IMG/VR virus record: IMGVR_UViG_3300033067_002502
Span: 64,001 to 128,000 of that record
DNA from: a virus
Lineage: Duplodnaviria; Caudoviricetes
Reading direction: 5' to 3' (one strand)
Length of the DNA: 64,000 bases
Shown here: piece after piece, positions 25,498-36,100 of the stretch
How positions within the stretch are numbered: position 1 is the stretch's first letter
How the letters are laid out: every line of letters begins with the position of its first letter
Position numbers and translations under genes: made by a program
Notes under the pieces: model-generated
Told to the model about the DNA's origin: nothing
Database searches by the model: none
Seen by the model: only the letters and a program-made list of their open reading frames with translations

Positions 25498-28400
25498 ATG
25501 GCAGGTTTAACCCCTTTTTATGGACTAAGTTACTTTAATTTTGGAGATGACTTAGGTGACGGAATAAATGTTCAAAGAGAAATTGACCGTTTTCTTGTAA
25601 TTGATAAACAACTTTATGGCTTATATGCAGTATTTGGTGATGGTATTGTTTCTGGATGGGAAATATCAGAACGTAATACTTTTGGAAAAAATGTTATATC
25701 TATTGATATAAGCCCTGGTATTGGTATAATTTCAGGATTATCAGTTCAAACTGATTCAACGGGAGGGGTTGAAGAACTTCCTCCTAATGAAATTTTTTAT
25801 ATTTATGCTACAATGACAGGAGGGACTGTCAGAACAAGAGATGTTGATTTTGTGTGGAGTAGAACTCTTCCTACAAACAATGCTGTTAGGATTGCAAGAA
25901 TTACAACAAACGAAACTAATATAACAGATATTGATACGACATTTAGACAGGAAATTAGTTTTCTTGAATTTATTAAAGATGAAGTTGCAAAACATAAGCA
26001 CAGAGGAACTCCAAGTAAGATTGATTTGCAGACTGAAACAAGAAATCAATTACCTGGAGCGAGAGTTCAAGACTTTGATGCGGCAAAAATTTCTAGCGGA
26101 AGACTTGATCCAGAAAGAATTCCTCAATTAAATCATAATGATTTGAAAAATACAGGATTATTGACTCATGCAGCTCTTGATTCTTTTACCAGACTTATAG
26201 ATTCAGGCAATCGTCAGCTTTTAGGAGAAATTGCTTCTGTAAATACGATGAAATTAATTACTGCTCAATATAACTTAGCTAGTAAATTTGATCTTAATCT
26301 TAATGATATTGTTGATTTTCCTAATCTTTTAACTTGCTATCCAGGGTATACTCCTGATTCGATTATAGACTTCGATGCAACAACTTCTAATATTGATTTA
26401 ACTACAAATTGCATTTCTGGGAAGCCAGTAGCTAAGGGTTCTATTACTTCTGTTTTATGGGCAACTGATTCTGCTTTCTTTTCTGCATCAGAAAGGAAAA
26501 ATATTTCTATTGCAAAAAATACAGTATCTCTTACAAGAGGAGGAGGAAGTTCTACTCAAATTGAAGATTTTGAACAAGTTCCTAGATCTGGCGTATCTAT
26601 TCCTGGCTTTGCTACTCAAGTTAAAATAATTACAGACACTATTAGTGTTGTATCTGAAGATTCTAGTTCTTTAAAAACTCAAGGTTTTTATAGTGGGAAA
26701 TTTCAAACAGCAAGAGATTCGAGAATATTGTATACAAGAAGTTTGAGTCAAAATCGAGATTGGAGCCTTTTTGATGAATTACTTCTTGATGTAAAAAGTC
26801 TTACAATATCTCATGGTGCTGTTTATATGTATTTTATCAACGGAGAAGGGGATTCTGCTAAACAATCTCAATCATATCTTATTTTAGGGCAAGATGAGAT
26901 TACTGACAACATAGATCCAGTTTTAAATACTTTTGAACGAAGAGTTCTTGATATAACCCAAGAAACAAAAGATGATGTAAGAGAAATAGTATTTTATACG
27001 GATGACACAATTACAAAGCATGAATTTTGGATAGATAATATTTTTATTAGAAATCAAAGTTTATTCCCTCCAAGTGGTTTTATTAGATTTAGATATTCTA
27101 GCGGGACTTCTGTTCTTTTTAATTCTATTAATTTTGATTCTGATATTCCAGAAGGATGTGATGTTAGAGTAAGAATAAGATCTGCAAACTCTGCATCTTT
27201 ATTAAATAGAGCAGTATTTACTCCAAATATAAGATCTGGAGATGTTTTTGGTATAAACGGAACAGATGCAGAAATAGAAGTATCTTTAGTTTCAACTGTA
27301 GATAGAACCAAAACTCCAATTTTGTATAGTTTAGAATTACAAATAATTGTAGATTCTCAAATTACTGGATTTACTATCTCAACAGCAGATCAGTGGAATA
27401 GGGGTTCTTATATAAACGAAAAAGAGTCTACTGACGAGTATAATCCGTTTCTTTCTAAAATAACTATTCAAGACCCAATATCTGTTGGAGATTTATATTA
27501 TATATATCAAAACGGCGTAAATGAGAACAGTCCTTCAGGTTACGCTTTGTACGGTTTCAGAGGCCTTTTATTTAAAAATCTTATTTCTCCAAAACAAGCG
27601 GTAAATATATCTAATACAAGTTTTTCTTTGGGATTTAATAGTCCTTATTCTGTTTATAGATTGAAAAATAGAAATTTTATTATATCAGATACTATAAATG
27701 ATAGAGTAATTGAAACAACTCCAGATGGTAAATTTGTAAGAGGTATTGGAGGTCATACAGTTCTTGATGTTTCTTATTTTTATCCCCTTACTGTTGTTTA
27801 TAATAACAGAAAAGGAACATTAACTATAGCTTTTAGTCAAGAAGTAGATGTTACTAATGTTGATATAACAAAGATAAAATTATGGATTGGATCTTCTTCT
27901 GTTCAATTAGGAATAGGAGACAAAATTATTGATAATGGTAAAACTGCCAAGCTGTTAGAAATACAACTAACAAACGACAAAATAGAACAATTGCAAGATC
28001 CTAAATTTGACGTTTATGTAGATTTTGTTTCTGGATTTTATTTAACTCCTTTTGATTATCCAGATTCAGCTAAAAGTCTTGTTAGTTCTAAGGGTCTTTT
28101 TGCTTTCTTGGGGGATTTTATTTATATGAATGATATCCGAAGGCCTGTCTATTCTAATATAATGGCTAATGGAGATTGGATGATATGCAATTCAACAATA
28201 GAAGAAGAAAGCACTGATACGGGAGTTTCAACTAGTATATCTATGAAAGTTGGAGAAAGTACGAGTTTTACTGTTTCTGTTGATGCCCCTGTTGCAGGTT
28301 TTGAGCTTAGGTGGGAAAGGAACGTACCTGCTGAAATTCAAGATATATTTACTTTTGAAGCACCTATTCCTGGAAATCTCGCAACAGCTTATGTAAATTC

Positions 28401-29040
28401 TCCTACTGATTCTCAAATTAGAGTTTGGCAGCTTATATTTACTGCTGTTTACATTGAAACCGCAACAGGAATAACTGTAGCTACTACAACAAATACAGTA
28501 ATATTAACAATTTCTGCAGCAGACTCTACAACAGGAAGTACTCCTTCTGTAGAATTTCCATTTTTAGTTCAAATTAATTTTGATAAAGAAGAAATTTCCT
28601 TTAGCTACAGTGGGTTAGTTTTTTCTGATTTTACTTTAGGCTCTGTTTATGAGATAGATTCAGAAAAAATAATAGTTAGTGGACTTGTAAAAGACACAGA
28701 TCCTCTACCTGGCCCTAAAGGAGGTAAAGGAACTGAGACTTACGAAGAACAAGCTATTCGTAAATTATCAAATTATAGAGGTAAAACTCTGGTTTTGAAT
28801 AGAAAAGATAAGTCAATAAGCTTTACCTACGAGTCTTCTGATAATTCATATCCATCTGATGCTGTTTTAGACGAAAAGAATAACATAGTTATTGCAGAAA
28901 CTTCTTTTGTTGGAAATGCTGGTCGGGTTATAAAAGTAGATAATGAAGGTAACGTTATTTGGCAAATAAGCGAAGGAATGTTTAGTAAAATCAATGACGT
29001 TAGAGCAAAGATATCTGGTGATGTTGTAATTAGTACGTGA
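25498..29040 (+). CDS. Tail fibre/appendage-type structural protein with a C-terminal NHL-like propeller
   Basis: N-terminal TPFYGL anchor-like motif, HKH motif, DAAKISSGRLDPERIP fibre repeat, ISDTINDRVIE and GRVIKVDNEGNVIWQ blades. Confidence 0.65.
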   Translation: MAGLTPFYGLSYFNFGDDLGDGINVQREIDRFLVIDKQLYGLYAVFGDGIVSGWEISERNTFGKNVISIDISPGIGIISGLSVQTDSTGGVEELPPNEIFYIYATMTGGTVRTRDVDFVWSRTLPTNNAVRIARITTNETNITDIDTTFRQEISFLEFIKDEVAKHKHRGTPSKIDLQTETRNQLPGARVQDFDAAKISSGRLDPERIPQLNHNDLKNTGLLTHAALDSFTRLIDSGNRQLLGEIASVNTMKLITAQYNLASKFDLNLNDIVDFPNLLTCYPGYTPDSIIDFDATTSNIDLTTNCISGKPVAKGSITSVLWATDSAFFSASERKNISIAKNTVSLTRGGGSSTQIEDFEQVPRSGVSIPGFATQVKIITDTISVVSEDSSSLKTQGFYSGKFQTARDSRILYTRSLSQNRDWSLFDELLLDVKSLTISHGAVYMYFINGEGDSAKQSQSYLILGQDEITDNIDPVLNTFERRVLDITQETKDDVREIVFYTDDTITKHEFWIDNIFIRNQSLFPPSGFIRFRYSSGTSVLFNSINFDSDIPEGCDVRVRIRSANSASLLNRAVFTPNIRSGDVFGINGTDAEIEVSLVSTVDRTKTPILYSLELQIIVDSQITGFTISTADQWNRGSYINEKESTDEYNPFLSKITIQDPISVGDLYYIYQNGVNENSPSGYALYGFRGLLFKNLISPKQAVNISNTSFSLGFNSPYSVYRLKNRNFIISDTINDRVIETTPDGKFVRGIGGHTVLDVSYFYPLTVVYNNRKGTLTIAFSQEVDVTNVDITKIKLWIGSSSVQLGIGDKIIDNGKTAKLLEIQLTNDKIEQLQDPKFDVYVDFVSGFYLTPFDYPDSAKSLVSSKGLFAFLGDFIYMNDIRRPVYSNIMANGDWMICNSTIEEESTDTGVSTSISMKVGESTSFTVSVDAPVAGFELRWERNVPAEIQDIFTFEAPIPGNLATAYVNSPTDSQIRVWQLIFTAVYIETATGITVATTTNTVILTISAADSTTGSTPSVEFPFLVQINFDKEEISFSYSGLVFSDFTLGSVYEIDSEKIIVSGLVKDTDPLPGPKGGKGTETYEEQAIRKLSNYRGKTLVLNRKDKSISFTYESSDNSYPSDAVLDEKNNIVIAETSFVGNAGRVIKVDNEGNVIWQISEGMFSKINDVRAKISGDVVIST

Positions 29041-30143
29041 TTTATATGATTCCTATTGAATGGATATGTTTTTTAAACGAAACGGGGTACGGTCAAGCCG
29101 CTTACGATATGATTTCTGCTCTTTTAGAATCAAATCGTTACGATATGAGGATTGTTTGCTTAAATGGCTCTTTATCAAGAAATTTTCTTTCTAAAGAGTC
29201 TTATAACCTATTAGAACCATTAACGAAAAAGAAACCAAATCAAAAAGCGGTTCAAGTTTATCACTGTATTCCTCCTATGCAGATGAGATTTCCAAGAACT
29301 GATAGATCTATAGGATTTGCAACTTTTGAAACATACGAGCCACCGTCTAAGTGGATTGATCTATTAAATAGACTAGACGCAGTGATCTGTCCATCTAATT
29401 TTAATTATAGCATATTTGCTCATGCTGGCGTTAAAAAGCCGTTATTTTATCTTCCTCACTGTATTGATACTAAAATATGGAATGATAAAGTTTCTCCTCT
29501 TACTAGTTATGAGCGTTTTACTTTTCTTTTTGTTGGTACTTGGAAAAAAAGAAAAGGATGGCAAGAGTTGATTGAATCTTATTTTAGAGAATTTTCTTTA
29601 AAAGACAATGTTCAACTTCTTATAAAAACAGATAAAATTCAAACGGCTATACAAGATATAGAAAACATAAAATTATTTCTTGGTTTGAAAAAAGAGTATC
29701 CTAAAATAGTTTTTGAAAAAAGAATATTTGATGATAAAACAATGCCATTTTTTTATAAATCAGCAGATTGTTTGATTATGTGTTCTTTAGGGGAAGGATT
29801 TGGGCTACCGGCGTTGCAATGTATGAGTGTAAAAGTTCCTGTTATTGTAACTAATTTTTCTGGATGTCAAGAATACGCTTCGTTGGAAAGGTGTACTCTT
29901 CTTGAACCTTCAGGCTTTATAATGCATTCAAATATGGATAATATTTCTCAATTTGCTAATAAAAAGTGGCCTAGAATAACAATACAATCAATACAGGAAT
30001 CTATGAGAAGAGTATTTTCCAACAAAGATGAAGCAAAGATTAAGGCCGATAAAGCTTATGAGTTTGTTCAAGAAAATTTCTCATATGCTGTTGCAATAAG
30101 TAAATTTGACAAGATTTTGGAGAACGTGTACCGTGCCAGTTAA
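29037..30143 (+). CDS. Glycosyltransferase family 4 (GT-B)
   Basis: TGYGQA, DAVICPSNF, PHCIDT, FLFVGTWKKRKG, YKSADC, SLGEGFGLPALQCM..PVIVT. Confidence 0.9.
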   Translation: MIYMIPIEWICFLNETGYGQAAYDMISALLESNRYDMRIVCLNGSLSRNFLSKESYNLLEPLTKKKPNQKAVQVYHCIPPMQMRFPRTDRSIGFATFETYEPPSKWIDLLNRLDAVICPSNFNYSIFAHAGVKKPLFYLPHCIDTKIWNDKVSPLTSYERFTFLFVGTWKKRKGWQELIESYFREFSLKDNVQLLIKTDKIQTAIQDIENIKLFLGLKKEYPKIVFEKRIFDDKTMPFFYKSADCLIMCSLGEGFGLPALQCMSVKVPVIVTNFSGCQEYASLERCTLLEPSGFIMHSNMDNISQFANKKWPRITIQSIQESMRRVFSNKDEAKIKADKAYEFVQENFSYAVAISKFDKILENVYRAS

Positions 30144-33100
30144 ATTAAAGTTACAACCATTTAGTTCTACAATTGCTCAGACAAAATCTATTGTATTTGT
30201 TTTGTCAGATCTTGATTTTTCTAAAAAATATCGTATTTCTTTTGAAAATGCAACTCTTGATAGACTTGCAAAAATTATATCATGCGACAATGGAAGTATT
30301 ATTGGTGATAAGGTTATTATTTCTCAAGTAGAGTCTTTTTCTGGAAAACTTGATTTAAATCTTTATGATTCAGATTCTGTAAGTGTTGTTTCTATTTATG
30401 CCAATGTTGAAGAATATAAAGAATTGGAAGAATGGGGAATATCGGATATAGCTGCTTTTTCTTTTCAAATAGAAAATTCATCAAAAAAGACAACTGGTGA
30501 TAAGATTTCAATCTACCCTCCTTTTGTAGGACTTGAACAAAGAGCAACTATAAGTATCCAAACTGAACCAAATTCGACAGTACAAATCATTATTAATAGT
30601 AAAAGATTTATTGTAAAATCTAATTTTTCAGGTTTAGGTTCTTTTTCTTTTAGAGCAATTGACGTGCTTGGTGGTTCTTCTTTTTCTTCAAATACATTAC
30701 AAAAATTTCCTATTACATATGCAAAATCTAATGATGAATATAAAGAGATATATGATTCAGGTTCATTTATTCATTTTGTTCCTGAAAATATGAAAGCTTT
30801 ACAATCTACAAATTCAGGATCGACAGAGTGTGCCATTTTGGATGCAGAACCAGGAGAAGGTCTTACTTTAGAAAAGCTTGATAAATACTGCATAGATGGA
30901 GCTGTTGTTGGTTCTTTATCTGTATTTGATAAAGATACTTCCGATTTTTATAATTCTAAAGTCGGGTTTTGTACGGAACCAGAGAAGGTATATCCTATAG
31001 AAGGAAATGACTCTGTTTGTAGAATATTTAATTCAACTTCTTCTTCTATATTAAAAGACGGATCAGGTCTTGTTGTTTTTTCTTCTCAAGAAACCTTTGA
31101 AAACGAAACTCAACCATTTCCTATTCTTGCGAGCAGAATTTTTGTTGCAGGAACTCATAGCTCTTTAAAGTATAAAGGAAATATAGTTAGAGATGGTTCA
31201 ATTATTAGTCCTCCAAAATTTTATCACACAGTTACTCCTAGTAATGTTTTAGTAAATGAAATTTATAGCATAACATTTAGATCTGATGATAGCTCTTTCT
31301 TTGAAATAAGATATACTTCTTTGGAAGGTACTGTATCTGAAGTTGTGTCTGGATTCGTTACGCTTATTAATAATGATTTTAATTTATCATCTTTAGGAAT
31401 AAAAGCTGTTAATCAAAATTCATTTATTGAATTAAAATCTGATAACAGGTTTGCGATTAATGCAGTTGTTATTTCCGGACAAGCTACTTTGACAGTTGCT
31501 TTGAAAAGTAATAAAACATTAGATCTTATTACTGATAAAAACGGAGTTAATGATTCTGGTAATACTGTTGTGTTTTTATTTCCAAAAGTAGGATATCAAT
31601 ATCATTCTATAGTTTCAAGAGATTTAGTTAATAATATAATAAGAATAGAAGTTCCTTCAGGATTTAATAATGGTATTGGTCCAGATATATATGAAAATAT
31701 ATATTGTCAACAATTTGTTATTGTAGATTTAACAAAAAATGCTTCATCTTTAAGCCTTATTGATATAAATCCACTTCCTTATATTTATGACACTTTTGGA
31801 AGAGAAGTTTCTTGTGTTTATCCTGTAATAACAACTAGATTGATTGAGTCTAGTAAAGAAGAATTGGCATATGTTGTTTGCCAAGCTCCTGTAGATGGTA
31901 TTTATCAAATTTTCTTTTTCTCATTTAAGATAGGCAGTCCTATTGAAAATACAGAATGGAAGCAATTGACATTTGTTGGCGAGAATAAAAATGCCAAAAT
32001 AAAATGTGACAAAATGGGAAATCTTCATATTATTTGGGAATCAGATCGAATAGGTCCAACTCAATTATATTATTCCCTTATTGGTCCTGCATCTAAATAT
32101 ACAAGTAATTCTGTATTAATGGCTGTTCTTGATAAAAGCATTATACAAAATAGCGGAGTAGATCTTGTTACTATTTCAGATCCACCTAATTCTATTCAAG
32201 ATACTTGGACAAGGGTAATTTCCAACAATGGTAAAGTTTCTATTTCTGATTCTGAATTTGTTGCGATAGAAGGAAGTCCAAGCGAAGATAGTGCTATGGC
32301 TCTTTATTCTTTATCTAAAGATGAATTTGGAAATGACATTCCTTGGTCTTTTGGACAGCTCAGTTATCAGTTATCTTTTGATTTATTAATGACATTGCCT
32401 TCAACTGGTATTATGAATGAAAAAGATATAGAATCTGAATTCTCAACTTGGAAAGATTCGTTTACTCCTGTTGGTGATTATAAATACGAAAAAGATGGAA
32501 ATATTTATACTTTAGATTCTTATTCTAATTTTTATCAAGGTATAATCCCTATTTGTGGTTCTTATAAATTTAATCCATCAAATTTAACTGTATCTTATGG
32601 AGAAAAAACTGTTAGCGAAATTGATCATAATTATCCATTAACTTATGTTTCTCTTGAAGGAGCTGTTGCCCTTTCTGAGCCTTCCAATATAAGACATTTT
32701 ATGCTGGCAATGATGCCAGAAAAAGTAAGATTTAAGGCTAAGAATATTGAATCACATACACAGTATTGCGAAAGACTTGGGGTTTCAAGTTTTGATTGTA
32801 CTGGGTTTATTAATGAAGTAGGTTATGAAATAGATACAGGAAGATATAAATTAGCCTTATTTGTTTCTACAAGCGATAATCCTTCTTCTGGATCTTCTGC
32901 AAAGAAAAATTATAAAATATCTCGTTTCTTGTCTGGTTATATTGATTTTAAAAATACAAAAAATATTAAGATTTCAGTTCATTATTCAAAAGAAACTTCA
33001 GATTATATAGAAGGCGTTTCTATTAGGGAAAATAGGTCTATTTCTAATGAGTATAGGTATTCTGGCGACATAATAATTTCTGTAGAAAATAGCATTGTTT

Positions 33101-36100
33101 TTGCAACAAGTTTTCTTTCTGATTTTAGTGATCAATATCGTAAATTTGATATAGCTTTAGGATTCCCTCCAGGTCAGGGTATTACTATAAATGAATCAGT
33201 TCCTTATAAAGGGAATATGTATGAAAACGGGTCTTTTAAACAAATATTTAGTCATATCAACATAGGCTCTCATTCTATAAAACTTAATGAAAATTATGTA
33301 GATATTTGTAAATTTGATAGAGATACTTCTCAAATGGTTATTTTGGAAAAAATAAACAATATTATCCCAAATGGAAGTTTTGAGGATACAGTTCTTCCTT
33401 ATTCTAGTAATACTGAATTGCTTAATGGATACAAAGGAGTAACCGGCTGGACTTCTGGCAATTCAGTCAACTATAAACGTTTAATTTCTTCTGATAATTC
33501 TGTTACAAGTTGGATCGAACTAACAGGAAATAGTGTTTCTTCTAAAGGATATATCTATAGAGATTTTCCAACTAGTATTGGTAAAGAGTATATTGTTTCA
33601 TTTGATATTTCTAACCACGTAAATATTTACTTACAGGGATCTTCTGTTACAAAAAAGGTTAGAGTTGTAGCGAATACGACATCTTCTGATTTTTTAATAA
33701 CATCAACGGCTACTGAAGTTTCTGCTTTAGAGTGGCAAACTCGAAGTTTTTCTTTTATTGCAAGCTCTTCTCAAACAACAATAACTTTTACAAATTCCTC
33801 AAATCAATTTGGAGATATAAGGGATATAGAGTATGGCCCTCAAATAGATAATGTTGTTGTCGTTGCAGAAAGCGATCTTAATGACGAATTAAGCTCGTTT
33901 ACTACAGCAGAAAATTTGATGGTAGATCAGTCTGAATTTGATTTAAATTATAGTTTAAATGCTACTGATAAATTTTCTCAATTACCTATTACTCTTTCTT
34001 TAGAATTTCAAAATAAGAATCCTGATATATTTATAGATAAAATTGATAAAGCACATGTTGTTTGGCAGTCTAATAGAGATAATTTTTGGAACATTTACTA
34101 CTCTGGATTTAGATTAAGAGGAGAGCCTTTTGAGTTTGATACAAGAATTTCTCAGTCTGAAAGTAGTAGTGTTAATCCATCTATCTCTGTTGACGGAAGA
34201 GGTAGAAGGCTTGTTTCTTGGCAAGATAATAGATCTGGAGAATATCAAATTTATGCGGCTATCTCAAAATCTATAGATGATAAAATGGTTGACATTTGTA
34301 AACAGAATGAGTCAGATGAATACGTTTATCAATGGAATTCTTTAGTAGATCCTTATTTAGATCCATATGTATTACCTATATCTCAAATGAACTGTTCCGT
34401 TGAATTCACTTTTATTCCTTCTTCGTCAGGCTTATATCATTTTAATTTATTATTTTACGAAGATAGAGAACATACAATACCTTATAAATTTATTAATTCA
34501 AAATCCAGTATAAGTGGATGGTTTGTTGATTCAAATCAAATTCCTTATGAAGGAATATCTGCAGAAGGTGGTTCTTCTTATGTAGTATCTTATAAACCAT
34601 CTTATGAAGATGATTTATCTGATAAGGTTTTATATGTTTTTGTTGAATTTGAAATAAACGCAAGTCCTGTTGATTATAATAATTCTACGAACGTAATAAT
34701 GCTTAGGGCTTATAGCGGATTAAATCTTAATATTAGTAGGAAAGAAGACAATTCTTATAGTTCAATGTTTGAATTCGAAGGATTGTCACCTATTCAAGTG
34801 GATTCTCAAAGCGAAACATCAATAAATGCAGGATCTTTTAATGGAATGATTTTTGAATCTCCTTTATCTAAATTGCCGGGAGTTTCTATTGGAGATAAAG
34901 TTAAAAGCGTTTTGCTTCATTTTGACCCAGTAGGCTTATCTGGTAGCGTTTCTTCAATTATCCGTTTTACTTCTCCAATATCTGCTATATTCTTATCTAA
35001 TAGCAGTTTAATTACTTCAAAAGAATCTTTTGGATATCCAGGCGTTAAATATTCAGAATCATCTGGTATTGAACTTGAATCTTTAGATAGTGTAACAATA
35101 TCTTCTGATAGAAAAACAATGACAATACTATCTAATATTAATCAGTCCGTTGATGAAATTAGAGTTTTGCTATCTGACAGTTCTTCTGTAGTAGGAGAGT
35201 CTGAATTTGTGTATTATTGTCCATCAGAGCAGAGTTCTAGATGTGATGTTAAATGCGAATTTTCAAATAATCAAGAATCAAATATTTTTGTTCATTTTAG
35301 AGTTTCTTTTTATGCAGATGCTGAAAAAACAGATATAATAGTTTCGTCTTTTACTAAAACAGATACACTTAATTGGCTTGTTGGTAGTAGTTCTTTTCCC
35401 GTAGAAGGATTATTGGTTGATTCAAATCAGTCTATTAATGCTGTTTATAGTCCAGAAATAATTCCTTTTGAACTTTACGAATCACAGGCAAGTTTACTTT
35501 TTTCTAATAATATTTCTAGACAACCTCTTATTTGTGGTTCTATTTACCATGTTGTTATAGAAAGCTATGTTAATGATACCTTTTATGTTGAATCAGAATC
35601 TTCTTTTGTGTGTCCTTGTTATAAAACAGATTCTGATTCTTGGGATTCGGAAAAAGATTCAATAAGTTGGATTTGTAGTGGTCAGGGTTTTGAGGATTTT
35701 AGAATATCTATAACAGATAATTTGTGTTTGTATCCTAAAATATCTGTTACTAGCTTTGATTTGTTTTATATAACATGGCAAGATTTTAGATATTCAAGAA
35801 TTGATAAAAATAAATCTATTATTTCTTCTGATTGTTTTATGGGCATATATGATTCAAATTCTAATGAATTTATTTGTTCAGGACAAGGAGCTTATGATAG
35901 AAGATTAACAAATTTTAGTTCAAGCAAATTGCTGTTACATGATTATTCTGTTTTTGTAGATCCATTTCAAAATATAAACTTAATAACTCATGATGGTAAT
36001 ACTGTTTATCATCAATCATGCTCTCTTGGGTGTGAATTAACTGAAATAAGTAAAAACGTAACTCTTCCTTGCATGTTTACAGATGAAACAGATTCATCGT

